From Candidatus Nanopusillus sp. (lineage in GTDB: Archaea; Nanobdellota; Nanobdellia; Nanobdellales; Nanobdellaceae): a DNA stretch of 32,000 nucleotides. The position numbers were made by a program, and so were the translations under genes. The DNA is taken from contig JBMSAQ010000022.1 in the NCBI GenBank assembly GCA_049414405.1, positions 33,640 through 65,639 of the forward strand. Direction: 5' to 3'. The notes beneath the pieces were generated by a model that searched no databases, was not told the DNA's origin, and was given only the letters and a program-made list of their open reading frames with translations. Below are positions 7,881 to 17,767 of the stretch, in pieces (the stretch's first letter is position 1; every line of letters begins with the position of its first letter).

Positions 7881-8966
7881 ATGGCAGAGGTTAATAGTAA
7901 AATGGAAGAAGAAATAATAGGAGTATCGCCAGGAGAGGAGTTTAAATTGTTGCCAACAATAAAAATAATAGGTGCAGGTGGGGCAGGAAGCAATATGGCG
8001 GATTGGTTATATAGAATGAATATAAAAGGTGCAGAAGTAATTGCAGCAAATACAGATTATGCTCATTTAAAGATAGTTAAAGCTCATAAAAAGATTTTAT
8101 TAGGTAAAGAAGTTACAAGAGGACTGGGTGCTGGAGGATTACCATCAAAAGGAATGGAGGCTGCAAGAGCCTCTCAATCAGATTTAAGAAAATTATTAGA
8201 AGGTGCAGATATGGTTTGGATACTATTAGGTTTGGGAGGCGGAACTGGAACGGGAGGAGCACCAGTTGTTGCACAAATAGCAAAAGAAGCCGGAGTACCA
8301 CTTGTAGTGGCAGTTGCAACATTACCTTTCTATAATGAAGGTGTAGTAAGAAGAGAAAAAGCAGAAGAAGGTTTAGTACAATTAAGAAAATATGCAGACA
8401 ATGTTATATTAATTGATAATAACAAAATATTACAATATGCTGGTAATCTACCATTTACACAAGCATTTGGGTATGCAAATAACTTAATAGGACAAATGAT
8501 AAAAGGTTTAGTAGAAACATTTGATAAAGCTTCATATATTAACTTAGATTTTGCAGATGTAAAAACCGTATTGGGTGTAGGTGGAGCTTCAATAGTAGGT
8601 ATTGGAATTGCAGATGATGAAAAGAGGGCAGTAACTGCAGCAAAAAGAGCATTAGAATTACCATTATTAGATGTTGATTATAATGGAGCAGCTGGTGCAT
8701 TGGTACATGTTGAAGGTGGACATGATATGACATTGAATGAAATAAATGAAGTAATGGAATATATAAAGCAACATCTTGGAGAAGATGCATTAACAATAAT
8801 GGGTGCAAGACAATCTGAAGATATGAAAGGAAAGATAAAGGTTACAGTAATTGTATCTGGAGTTAAGAGTCCATATATATTAGGAAAATGGAAGGAAGAA
8901 TGGGAATCTGGAGGATTAACAAAGGTAAGGAAAGATGTAAACCTAGGTATTGATATATTACAGTAG
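7881..8966 (+). CDS. ftsZ: Cell division protein FtsZ
   Basis: 361-aa ORF with IIGAGGAGSN and the tubulin signature GLGGGTGTGGAPV. Confidence 0.95.
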   Translation: MAEVNSKMEEEIIGVSPGEEFKLLPTIKIIGAGGAGSNMADWLYRMNIKGAEVIAANTDYAHLKIVKAHKKILLGKEVTRGLGAGGLPSKGMEAARASQSDLRKLLEGADMVWILLGLGGGTGTGGAPVVAQIAKEAGVPLVVAVATLPFYNEGVVRREKAEEGLVQLRKYADNVILIDNNKILQYAGNLPFTQAFGYANNLIGQMIKGLVETFDKASYINLDFADVKTVLGVGGASIVGIGIADDEKRAVTAAKRALELPLLDVDYNGAAGALVHVEGGHDMTLNEINEVMEYIKQHLGEDALTIMGARQSEDMKGKIKVTVIVSGVKSPYILGKWKEEWESGGLTKVRKDVNLGIDILQ

Positions 8967-8998
8967 ACTTTTTTTAATTTAATTTTATATATTTTTTA

Positions 8999-10693
8999 AT
9001 GGAGTTTGCAAAGCTAGCTGAAGTTTTTAGGAAATTAGAATCAGTTTCTGAAAAAAATCAAAAAACAGAGATATTGGCAAGATTCATTAAAGAAATAGAT
9101 AAAGATTCTTTAAAAGAGACATTTATGTTATTACAAGGAATAATTTTTTATCCATGGGAAGATAAAGATATAGGGATAGCTGAAAAATTTACTATTAGAG
9201 CTTTATCTTTGGCTACTGGCTATGATAAAAATTATATTGAAGGTTTGTTTATAAAGACTGGAGATCTTGGAGTTATTGCAGAGAAATTAGTAATGGAAAA
9301 AAAGCAAAAATCGATATTTACAAAAAAATTAACTATAAAGGATGTATATAATACTTTTAGAATGATAGGAGAGCTTGAAGGGGAAGGAACACAAGATAAA
9401 AAGATCAGATATTTAGCTAATTTATTTATTTCATCATCACCAATAGAAGCAAAATACATTGCAAGATTAACATTAGGAGATCTAAAAATAGGGGTTGGAG
9501 AAGGAATTATAATTGATTCTATAGCCACAGCTTTTAGTTTACCATCAGAAAGTGTAGAAATTGCATATTCAATTTTGAATGACTTTGGCGAGTTAGTAAA
9601 GCAAATTTTAGAAAAAGGAAAGGATATTGTATTTAAATTAGAACCAATATTAGGAAATCCAATTAGGGTAATGCTGGCAATAAAAGTGGAAAATGCTAAA
9701 GAAGCTTTAGATGTTGTTGGAAGACCTGCACAAGTTGAGTATAAATATGACGGATTTAGAGTTCAAATACATAAAAAGAGAGATCAAATATCTTTATGGA
9801 CAAGAAGATTGGAAAATGTAACGAAACAATTTCCAGATGTAATAGAATATATCAAAGAATGTTTTCCAAATGATAAAGATTTTTTAGTAGAGGGGGAAAT
9901 TGTTGGATATGATAAGGAAAATAAAAAATATTTGCCATTTCAGAGAATTTCTAGGAGAATTAGAAGAAAATATGATATAGAAAAAATGGTTAAAGAAATA
10001 CCAGTTGTTGTTAGAGTTTTTGATATAATTTATTATGATGGGAAATCTTTAATAAATACATCATTTAAAGAAAGAAGAAAGATATTAGAATCAATAATAA
10101 AGCAAGATATAAATAAAATATCTCTATCAGAAAGCATAATAACATCTTCGGATGAAGAAGCTCAAAGATTTTTCGTGGAAACAATCAATAATGGCTTAGA
10201 GGGCGTTATATTTAAGAAATTGGATGCACCGTATCATCCTGGAAGAAGGGTTGGTTATATGGTTAAATTAAAACCTGTGAAAGAATCCCTAGATGTTGTA
10301 ATAGTTGGTGCTGAATGGGGTGAAGGAAAGAGAAGTGGATGGTTAACATCTTTTGTAATTGCTGTTAGAGATGAAAAAACAAGAAAATTATTAGAAGTTG
10401 GCGAAGTCGGAAGTGGATTTAAAGAAAAAAAAGAAGATCCAGATGATGTAACGTTTGAAGAAATGACAGAAATGTTAAAAGATTATATAGAAGAACAAAG
10501 CGGAAAATATGTAAAAGTTAAACCAAAAATTGTAATAGAAGTATTGTATGATGAAATAGAAAAAAGTCCAAAATATTCTTCTGGCTATGCATTAAGGTTT
10601 CCCAGGTTTGTTAGACTTAGACCTGATAAATCTGTTGAGGAAACTGATACCATTGATAGGTTGATAGAACTATATAAAAGCCAAAAAAGATAA
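8999..10693 (+). CDS. lig: ATP-dependent DNA ligase
   Basis: 564-aa ORF with adenylation motif I EYKYDGFRVQIH, then EGEIV, LEGVIFK and MVKLKP, and a C-terminal OB domain (LRFPRFVRLRPDK). Confidence 0.95.
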   Translation: MEFAKLAEVFRKLESVSEKNQKTEILARFIKEIDKDSLKETFMLLQGIIFYPWEDKDIGIAEKFTIRALSLATGYDKNYIEGLFIKTGDLGVIAEKLVMEKKQKSIFTKKLTIKDVYNTFRMIGELEGEGTQDKKIRYLANLFISSSPIEAKYIARLTLGDLKIGVGEGIIIDSIATAFSLPSESVEIAYSILNDFGELVKQILEKGKDIVFKLEPILGNPIRVMLAIKVENAKEALDVVGRPAQVEYKYDGFRVQIHKKRDQISLWTRRLENVTKQFPDVIEYIKECFPNDKDFLVEGEIVGYDKENKKYLPFQRISRRIRRKYDIEKMVKEIPVVVRVFDIIYYDGKSLINTSFKERRKILESIIKQDINKISLSESIITSSDEEAQRFFVETINNGLEGVIFKKLDAPYHPGRRVGYMVKLKPVKESLDVVIVGAEWGEGKRSGWLTSFVIAVRDEKTRKLLEVGEVGSGFKEKKEDPDDVTFEEMTEMLKDYIEEQSGKYVKVKPKIVIEVLYDEIEKSPKYSSGYALRFPRFVRLRPDKSVEETDTIDRLIELYKSQKR

Positions 10694-10729
10694 TTCTATT
10701 TTTAAGTTTTTTATTATATATAGATAAAT

Positions 10730-11566
10730 ATGGTTATAAGTGAAGAGTTGGTAGAAAAGATAAAGTCATCTTTTAATTTGAATACTTATGAGGCCAGAAT
10801 ATGGTTGGCCTTATTAATGAAGGGTGTTGCAACGGCTGGTGAATTAGCAGATATTGCAGATATACCAAGATCAAGGGCTTATGATGTTTTAGAATCATTA
10901 GAAAAGAAAGGATTTGTTGTCATGAAACTTGGTAAACCAATAAAATATATTGCTGTTCCACCTACAGAAGTTGTTGAAAGAGTAAAAAGAAAATATGAAG
11001 AAATTATGTCAAGAAGAATTAATGAATTGGAAAAAGTAAAAGCTTCTGATTTAATAAGAGAATTAGATGCATTGCACAAATCTGGTGCCGGATCTATTGA
11101 TGTTTCTGAAAAATCTGGAGCAATAAGAGGACAACAAAATATAATAAGTCATTTAGAATCTATGTTAAAAGAAGCACAAAAACATGTAAATATTGTTACA
11201 ACTCAATTGACATTTGTTAGGGATGCAATTGCATTAAAACCAGTATTTTATGAATTAAAAGAAAGACAAATACCGGTTAGAATTGTAACACCAATCGATG
11301 AAAGAAATGCAAAATATGTTCAAGAGTTAATGAATGTAGTTGAAATATACGATGCTGGAAATTATAGGGGAAGAATTGTTACAATAGATTCTGAAGAAAT
11401 ATTAATGATGTTATTTGATGAAAAGGAGGTTCCATCTTCAATGGATGTTGCCGTTTGGTTATATGCACCAGCATTAGCAAAATTCATAGATGAAATGATT
11501 GAAGTATTATTACCAAAATTAAAACCAGCACAACAAAGTTTGGTTGAAAAGAAATTAATAGTATAG
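10730..11566 (+). CDS. TrmB-family transcriptional regulator
   Basis: 278-aa ORF with an N-terminal wHTH (LNTYEARIWLALLMKGVATAGELADIADIPRSRAYDVLESLEKKGFV) followed by a TrmB-like C-terminal domain. Confidence 0.7.
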   Translation: MVISEELVEKIKSSFNLNTYEARIWLALLMKGVATAGELADIADIPRSRAYDVLESLEKKGFVVMKLGKPIKYIAVPPTEVVERVKRKYEEIMSRRINELEKVKASDLIRELDALHKSGAGSIDVSEKSGAIRGQQNIISHLESMLKEAQKHVNIVTTQLTFVRDAIALKPVFYELKERQIPVRIVTPIDERNAKYVQELMNVVEIYDAGNYRGRIVTIDSEEILMMLFDEKEVPSSMDVAVWLYAPALAKFIDEMIEVLLPKLKPAQQSLVEKKLIV

Positions 11567-11567
11567 A

Positions 11568-12173
11568 TTATATTTTTTCAAATACTCTTTTAAAATAATT
11601 CGTAATGCTTTTTATATTCTTAAACAGAGGATAAAATTGTGGTTTATATACTTTGTTTCCCCATTTTTCAAAGAATGTTATATCATATAAATTTGGTCTA
11701 ATGGGTTCTTTTGGTTTTTCATTTGGATATCCCATTGCAATTATGATATGTATATTTTTATCTTTTGGTATTTCTAATAGATTTTTTATACTTTCTTCAT
11801 TAAAAGAACCTATCCAACAAGTTCCAATGTTCTTATCAGTAGCAGCTAATAAAATATTTTCTGCTATTGCCGCAGTATCTTGTATTGCAAATATTTGTCC
11901 TTTTTCTCCATATAATGATTTTAGTTTATTGTCATCAGATATAATAATTATCAATGTATTTGCATCTTTTATAAAATCTTGATCAGCAAATTCGGAAATT
12001 TTCTTTATTTTTTCAGGATCTTTTATAATGATAAAATAATAATGCGATATATTTCCAGCTATTGGTGCTAATATTCCTAAGGATAGTATTTCCAATATAT
12101 CTTCGTATGGAATATCATCATCTAAATATTTTCTAATACTTCTTCTATTTCTTATAGCATCTTTTAATTCCAT
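11568..12173 (-). CDS. Nitroreductase-family flavoprotein
   Basis: 201-aa ORF with IRNRRSIRKY at the N-terminus and a nitroreductase-like core (AIQDTAAAIENILLAATDKNIGTCWIG). Confidence 0.7.
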   Translation of the reverse strand: MELKDAIRNRRSIRKYLDDDIPYEDILEILSLGILAPIAGNISHYYFIIIKDPEKIKKISEFADQDFIKDANTLIIIISDDNKLKSLYGEKGQIFAIQDTAAIAENILLAATDKNIGTCWIGSFNEESIKNLLEIPKDKNIHIIIAMGYPNEKPKEPIRPNLYDITFFEKWGNKVYKPQFYPLFKNIKSITNYFKRVFEKI

Positions 12174-12206
12174 AATATTTCTTTATTTTTTGTTTTATAA
12201 AAGATT

Positions 12207-12566
12207 TTATTTTTTATATGAAAATGAAGAAATTATTGTAAAGAGCAAGAGTATTGAAAACACATAATGATCATTTGCAGTATTTAATAATGTTAGAAAT
12301 ATTATTATTGATATCTGTAGTACAATAATAAGATTTTTGTAATGTTTTCTATAAATTAATATATAAATAAAAGCAAATATTATCATATAATAATTGAAAT
12401 AAACAAGAGAAATTAATAATATCAATGAAATAATCTGCATTTTTTTATAATATTTTTCAATATCATCTTCTATATATCTTCTTGTATATATAGATATTAT
12501 CAAAGCAAACAATAATATTAAAAATACAAATGTTTGATCTAATGATGGGATTATGTAATTTTCCAT
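12207..12566 (-). CDS. Hypothetical integral membrane protein
   Basis: 119-aa ORF with about four hydrophobic helices and no recognisable motif. Confidence 0.4.
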   Translation of the reverse strand: MENYIIPSLDQTFVFLILLFALIISIYTRRYIEDDIEKYYKKMQIISLILLISLVYFNYYMIIFAFIYILIYRKHYKNLIIVLQISIIIFLTLLNTANDHYVFSILLLFTIISSFSYKK

Positions 12567-12580
12567 TTATATTATATTCT

Positions 12581-13465
12581 ATGAATAATAATTATAATAC
12601 TTTGCTTATAACTGAAAAAGGTTTGGAGAATATTACAATTAAGGAAATAGAAAAGATATTAAATAGAAGTGTAGATTATAACATAATTGAAAAGAAAAAC
12701 AAAATTTTAATTTATATAAATTTGAATTTTGAAGAAAGATTAAATTTGTTGTTTAATTCTAGAACAATAGATAATATATTATATATGAAAGGAGATAAAT
12801 ATGAATATTTTCTATTAAAAAATCTATATGAAAGAGGATATCAGCTAAAAAAGATTGAAAAATTAAAACCAACATTGGTAAATAAAATTATATATTATTC
12901 AGATATTAGGGAAAATGAAGAAATATTAAACATAATGGATGATGGTTCCTTTTCTATAGAACAGGGCATATATATAAAAAACATATTACCAATATTCTGG
13001 AGAAGAAAGGAAATTTCTAAATATATGGATTATTTTGAAAAATACATGAATATAAAGAAAAAAGTTAATATTAAGATATATTGTGTTAATAAAGATAAAA
13101 ATAAATTATTATTAATGGAGAGAAATTCTGAGAATGCTTTAGTAAATGACATAATATTTTTTAGAAAATTGAATATAGAATGGATTGACTTAAAATTCAA
13201 AGATGGATCAATTGATAAAATATTTACTTTTAGAATAAAAAAAAATCCAGAATTAAATATAAAAGATAAATATATTTTTTATCATTCAGACAAATTGCTA
13301 AAAGATAAGGGAAAATTATATTTATTATTATATAGTTATGATTATAAAAAAATCCTAGAGAATATAATAAATTATATTAAAAAGTATTCGCTAATATACA
13401 TTGATTCATTTTATCTATATAATTATAACAAAAAATTACTTTTAATTGTATTAGAAAAAATTTAA
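12581..13465 (+). CDS. Divergent NFLD/RNA-methyltransferase-like protein (hypothetical)
   Basis: I start at the internal ATG at 12581 (MNNNYNTLLITEKGLENITIKEIEKIL), which avoids overlap with the divergent gene. The N-terminus resembles the ferredoxin-like domain of Trm14/RlmL-type enzymes. LKPTLVNKII...NIMDDGSFSIEQGI resembles the L.P.lA / DP.cGSGT..iE region, but the GSG motif is degenerate. Confidence 0.35.
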   Translation: MNNNYNTLLITEKGLENITIKEIEKILNRSVDYNIIEKKNKILIYINLNFEERLNLLFNSRTIDNILYMKGDKYEYFLLKNLYERGYQLKKIEKLKPTLVNKIIYYSDIRENEEILNIMDDGSFSIEQGIYIKNILPIFWRRKEISKYMDYFEKYMNIKKKVNIKIYCVNKDKNKLLLMERNSENALVNDIIFFRKLNIEWIDLKFKDGSIDKIFTFRIKKNPELNIKDKYIFYHSDKLLKDKGKLYLLLYSYDYKKILENIINYIKKYSLIYIDSFYLYNYNKKLLLIVLEKI

Positions 13466-13478
13466 AAATGGTTTAATT

Positions 13479-13664
13479 ATGAATTTTATTATGGATATAA
13501 CCGAATTAGAAAAAACAAATGTATGGAGAAACTTAATAGTAAGTGATACAGTAGTAAGATTTATATGTCCAAATTGTGGTCAAGGAGTAATAATAAGGAG
13601 TAATAAAGAGAAAAAATTGGGTTTGGAATGGAAATGTCTGGTTTGCGGTTATACTGGACCATAA
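13479..13664 (+). CDS. Zn-ribbon protein (COG2888-like, usually linked to aEF-1beta)
   Basis: 61-aa ORF with CPNCG...CLVCG cysteine pairs, immediately upstream of the EF-1beta gene. Confidence 0.6.
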   Translation: MNFIMDITELEKTNVWRNLIVSDTVVRFICPNCGQGVIIRSNKEKKLGLEWKCLVCGYTGP

Positions 13665-13665
13665 G

Positions 13666-13944
13666 ATGGGAAGATATGTTGTTATAACATTAAAAATATC
13701 TCCAAATGATGTTGATGTAGATTTAGAAAAAATAAATGAGAAAGTAAAAGATATAATAAAGAATTTTGGTGGTCAATATTTATCTCACGAAATACAACCA
13801 ATAGCCTTTGGATTAAATTCTCTAAATGTTAAGTTTTTATATCCAGATCAAGAATTTAGAGAGGAAGAATTATTAAATCAGATAAATAATATAGAAGAGG
13901 TGAGTAGTTCTGAAGTTATTTCAGTATCCTTGGCCCAGTTATAA
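13666..13944 (+). CDS. ef1b: Translation elongation factor aEF-1 beta
   Basis: 92-aa ORF. MGRYVVITLKISPNDVDVDLEKI...EIQPIAFGLNSLNV...IEEVSSSEV matches the archaeal EF-1beta pattern. Confidence 0.8.
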   Translation: MGRYVVITLKISPNDVDVDLEKINEKVKDIIKNFGGQYLSHEIQPIAFGLNSLNVKFLYPDQEFREEELLNQINNIEEVSSSEVISVSLAQL

Positions 13945-15848
13945 TGTATATTTTTAAAGAATTTTCAGAATTAAATATAAAAGAATTAAAAGAAGAAATA
14001 GAAAAAGAGAGAGAATTAATCAAAGATATGAAAGCTGGAAAAATATACAAAGAACAAAAAGAATTAATAAAGGTTATTTTATTTATTGTTGAATCACCAA
14101 ATAAGGTAAAAACAATTTCTTCGTTTTTTGGAAGACCATCAATCAGAGATGTTGGTGGATTAAAAGTTTATGAAGTTTCCTTGGGAAACACATATTTACT
14201 AATTACTGCATCAAAGGGTCATATTTTAGAATTGACAACGGACAATATTGGTTTATTTGGTATAGAGAGGAAAGATGGGGTATTTTATCCATATTATAAT
14301 ACAATTAAAAGATGTTTATCTTGTGGAAACCAATTTACCGAATATAAAGATGGAAAATGTCCATATTGTGAATCTAAAAATGTTGATGATTCAATAAGTA
14401 GGATAAAAGCACTACAAGAATTAGCTATGGAAGTAGATCAGATTATAATTGGAACAGATCCAGATACAGAAGGTGAAATGATTGCATATTCTTTATATTT
14501 AATACTATATCCATTTAATAGAAATATTAAAAGAGCCGAATTTCATGAAGTTACAAAAACAGCAATATTAAATGCTTTAGAAAATTTAAGAGATATTGAT
14601 TTAAATTTAGTAAAATCCCAAATTGTTAGGAGAATTGAAGACAGGTGGCTGGGGTTTAGTTTATCACAGATTGTTCAAAGATATTTTAATAAAAATTGGT
14701 TATCTGCTGGAAGAGTACAAACTCCCGTTCTTGGTTGGATAATTAATAGATTTAATGAAAGAAATAAGTCTAAGTCATATATTTTAGAATTAAAATTAGA
14801 AAACGATAGAAAATTGTATATTGATGCTGAAATAAAGAATAGAAGAGAAATAAATAAAATTTTAAAAAATATAAAGGATAAAGAAATAAGTATAGTTGAC
14901 TATAAAGAGGAAAAAGAAGAAATACAACCTTTACCTCCATATATTACTAGTACAATTCTACAGGATGCAAATAATATATTAAAAATTGGTATAGATAGAA
15001 TAATGCAAATATTACAAGAATTGTTTGAATCTGCATTAATAACTTATCATAGAACAGATTCTACAAGAATATCTTCACTTGGTATATCAATTGCAAAAGA
15101 TTATATAAACCAAAAATTTGGAGAAAATTATTTTATAGCAAGATCTTGGGGGGAAGGAGGAGCACATGAAGCAATTAGACCAACAAGACCTTTAGATGTT
15201 GATACGTTAAGAAATTCTATAGAAAATGGAGAAATTGAAGTATATATTAATATGACAAAATATCACTATATAATTTATGATTTAATATTTACTAGGTTTA
15301 TTCAATCACAAATGAAACCTGTTTCTGTAATTAAATATATAGAAAAGATAAAAATACCAGAAATAAATAAGGAAATAGAATTAAGCGGTGTAAAAGATAT
15401 AATAGATCACGGATGGGATTTAGTACTTCCATTTAGAATTAATATTATGAAAATACAACCACTACAAAATGGAATAAGAATTGTTGAGGTTATAGGTAAA
15501 AAAGTACCTAAGGTTAGATTATATTCTCAGGCAGATATCATCAATTTAATGAGGGAAAGAAGGATAGGAAGACCATCAACATACGCGATAATAGTAAAAA
15601 AAGTAATGGAGAGAGGTTATGTAATAAATAAAGGTAATAATCTAATTCCAACAAAATTGGGAATAGATGTATATAACTTTTTAGAAAAAAATTTTAAAGA
15701 TTTTGTTTCTGAGAAAAGAACAAGAGATTTAGAAGAAATTATGGATAAGATTTCTGAAAATAGAGAAGATTATAGAAAAGTACTCGAAAGTATATATGAA
15801 GAGACAAATATGATAATTGAAAAAGGAAAAAATATACAAAAAGAATAA
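13944..15848 (+). CDS. rgy: Reverse gyrase, topoisomerase (type IA) half only (split reverse gyrase subunit)
   Basis: 634-aa ORF. TOPRIM motif FIVESPNKVKTISSFFGRPS...ITASKGHILEL, internal zinc finger CLSCGNQF..CPYCES, GTDPDTEGE, and the active-site Tyr context LITYHRTDSTRIS. No helicase-like domain is present. The start overlaps the EF-1beta stop (TAATG). Confidence 0.85.
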   Translation: MYIFKEFSELNIKELKEEIEKERELIKDMKAGKIYKEQKELIKVILFIVESPNKVKTISSFFGRPSIRDVGGLKVYEVSLGNTYLLITASKGHILELTTDNIGLFGIERKDGVFYPYYNTIKRCLSCGNQFTEYKDGKCPYCESKNVDDSISRIKALQELAMEVDQIIIGTDPDTEGEMIAYSLYLILYPFNRNIKRAEFHEVTKTAILNALENLRDIDLNLVKSQIVRRIEDRWLGFSLSQIVQRYFNKNWLSAGRVQTPVLGWIINRFNERNKSKSYILELKLENDRKLYIDAEIKNRREINKILKNIKDKEISIVDYKEEKEEIQPLPPYITSTILQDANNILKIGIDRIMQILQELFESALITYHRTDSTRISSLGISIAKDYINQKFGENYFIARSWGEGGAHEAIRPTRPLDVDTLRNSIENGEIEVYINMTKYHYIIYDLIFTRFIQSQMKPVSVIKYIEKIKIPEINKEIELSGVKDIIDHGWDLVLPFRINIMKIQPLQNGIRIVEVIGKKVPKVRLYSQADIINLMRERRIGRPSTYAIIVKKVMERGYVINKGNNLIPTKLGIDVYNFLEKNFKDFVSEKRTRDLEEIMDKISENREDYRKVLESIYEETNMIIEKGKNIQKE

Positions 15849-15879
15849 ACTTATATATAAGTTATTTTAATATTATTTA

Positions 15880-16107
15880 ATGGTTGTTAGGGGAATAAAA
15901 GTTGGAGATGTATATGAGGTAGAAATAAAGAGTTTGACACAAAAGGGAGATGGATTCGCTAGAATAAAAGGAGTTGCGACTTTTGTAAAGAATGTAAATG
16001 TTGGTTGGAAAGGTAATGTAAAAGTTATTAAAGTTGGTCCTACTTACGTAGTTGCTGAACCTACTACAACTGAGAAATCTAAAGATTCAAACCAAAGCAA
16101 TTTTTAA
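15880..16107 (+). CDS. Stand-alone TRAM domain protein
   Basis: 75-aa ORF. VGDVYEVEIKSLTQKGDGFARIKGVATFVKNVNVGWKGNVKVIKV matches the small archaeal TRAM pattern. Confidence 0.7.
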   Translation: MVVRGIKVGDVYEVEIKSLTQKGDGFARIKGVATFVKNVNVGWKGNVKVIKVGPTYVVAEPTTTEKSKDSNQSNF

Positions 16108-16156
16108 AGATTTATAAAATATTTTTTAAAATATTTTTTATCTAAATGACGATATC

Positions 16157-16549
16157 ATGATGACAACTCCATATGTAAAATGGCCCGAAGATGTGTTGAA
16201 TACATTTATACAAAATTACGAAGCAAAGGTATATGAATTGTTTGAAAGAGCAAAGCAAAGTGGAAAAATTAAAAAGGGAGTAAACGAAACTACAAAGGCA
16301 ATAGATAGAGGACAGGCAAAATTAGTAGCAATTGCGTTAGATGTAGATCCTCCAGAAATAGTAATGCATATACCAGCATTATGTGAAGAAAAAGGAGTAA
16401 CTTATGTATATGTTTCTTCTAAACAAAAGTTGGGACAGGCTTGTGGTATAAATACACAAGCATCAACTGCCGCAATAATAGAACCTGGTGAAGGGAAACA
16501 AATTATGGATGAAATAGTAAAGGCAGTTAGTACATTGTTAAAGAAGTAA
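16157..16549 (+). CDS. rpl7ae: Ribosomal protein L7Ae (K-turn binding, C/D and H/ACA RNP component)
   Basis: 130-aa ORF containing [62 protein letters not shown]. Confidence 0.92.
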   Translation: MMTTPYVKWPEDVLNTFIQNYEAKVYELFERAKQSGKIKKGVNETTKAIDRGQAKLVAIALDVDPPEIVMHIPALCEEKGVTYVYVSSKQKLGQACGINTQASTAAIIEPGEGKQIMDEIVKAVSTLLKK

Positions 16550-16631
16550 ATTTTATAAATTTTTTTATTATTATATGTAGGTTAATATAAGTAAAGAAAA
16601 ATTTATAAAACTTTATGTAGATATATATAAT

Positions 16632-17690
16632 ATGGCGTTAGCAACCTATGTTAATAATACACTAGATCGATTATTAAATCAATATGAAAATGGAATGAAT
16701 AGATTAAAAGGATTTGCTGAAAATGATCTTGAAAGAGAATCACTCGATGGAAATAAAAAGACATATTCTGAAATTATGGGAGCTATGAAAGAAGTTTCTC
16801 AACAATTTGGAGGACGATTGGATCCAAAAGTTAATGAAGATTTAAGGCATACACTTGAATATTTTATAAGTAAAGCATTAAAAGATAATGAGAGTCCATC
16901 TCAATTATATAGAATAATTTTAGATGCATATAATCAAGAAATATTTAGTAAAAGAGATGAATCTCAAAAAATTAGTGAAGGAGAAAGGGCTCTTTTGATA
17001 TTATTATCTAAAATATATTGGGAAGCTCTTAAAATTCTAGGCAATCCAGATCCAATAAGAGGACAATACTATCGTAATGTAGGTAGAGAAGCTAGAGAAA
17101 ATGCAGCAAAGATTAAAGGCATAGTTGAAGAAATATTGGGAGAAGCTCTATATAAACATTGGTCATCAAGGAATAAGAAAGTAACAAAAGGAGAAATTAT
17201 GGCTAATTTAGCAAAACATGCATCTCCATTCTATGGAGAGTGGGAAGGAGTAAAAGGTAAAATAATAAGTGGTGTAAACGTGTTAACACCAGATGAAGAA
17301 GTACAAAATGCAGTCATGAGGTTAGTAACAGAATTAGAGAATAGCTACCTATCATTTATACAAGGATTAATAGTGGCGGCATATAATAGACGTCCAGCTC
17401 CAGAGCATATAATACCAGTGCTAAAATACCTTAGTGGTAAAGACTTCTTTAAGAATGTATTTAGTGAAATATACAATGAAATTGGAAGTTATATAAATCA
17501 ATTACAACCACAAATAGCCCAATATTTACAGTTAAATCAACTAGCTAGTCAGCAACAAGGACAGCAAATTAATCAACCTAATATACAGCAACCTGCACCT
17601 ATACAACAGAATCAACAACAGCCTGCTCAACAAGCTAATCAGCCCCAACAAAATCAACAAAATAATCAGCAAGGTCAGCAAACACCATAG
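16632..17690 (+). CDS. Hypothetical helical protein with Gln-rich C-terminal tail
   Basis: 352-aa ORF with a non-biased, protein-like composition over about 285 aa. About 30 of the last 65 residues are Gln (counted), ending ...QQQGQQINQPNIQQPAPIQQNQQQPAQQANQPQQNQQNNQQGQQTP. Confidence 0.65.
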   Translation: MALATYVNNTLDRLLNQYENGMNRLKGFAENDLERESLDGNKKTYSEIMGAMKEVSQQFGGRLDPKVNEDLRHTLEYFISKALKDNESPSQLYRIILDAYNQEIFSKRDESQKISEGERALLILLSKIYWEALKILGNPDPIRGQYYRNVGREARENAAKIKGIVEEILGEALYKHWSSRNKKVTKGEIMANLAKHASPFYGEWEGVKGKIISGVNVLTPDEEVQNAVMRLVTELENSYLSFIQGLIVAAYNRRPAPEHIIPVLKYLSGKDFFKNVFSEIYNEIGSYINQLQPQIAQYLQLNQLASQQQGQQINQPNIQQPAPIQQNQQQPAQQANQPQQNQQNNQQGQQTP

Positions 17691-17767
17691 ATAGTTAAAA
17701 AATTTAGAAATTTTCTATTGGTGTTCTTTTATCCTTTTTTAAGACTAAAAGAATTACTTAAATTATC

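Noticed and set aside
12530-12580. N-terminal extension of the 311-aa ORF
   Set aside because: It overlaps the start of the divergent membrane-protein gene. The internal ATG at 12581 gives a clean divergent arrangement.
16146-16185. AATGACGA...ATGATGA at the L7Ae start as a possible autoregulatory K-turn in its own mRNA
   Set aside because: There are C-box-like strings but no partner CUGA/GA strand or stem that would form a K-turn or K-loop. ATGATGA here is simply Met-Met codons.
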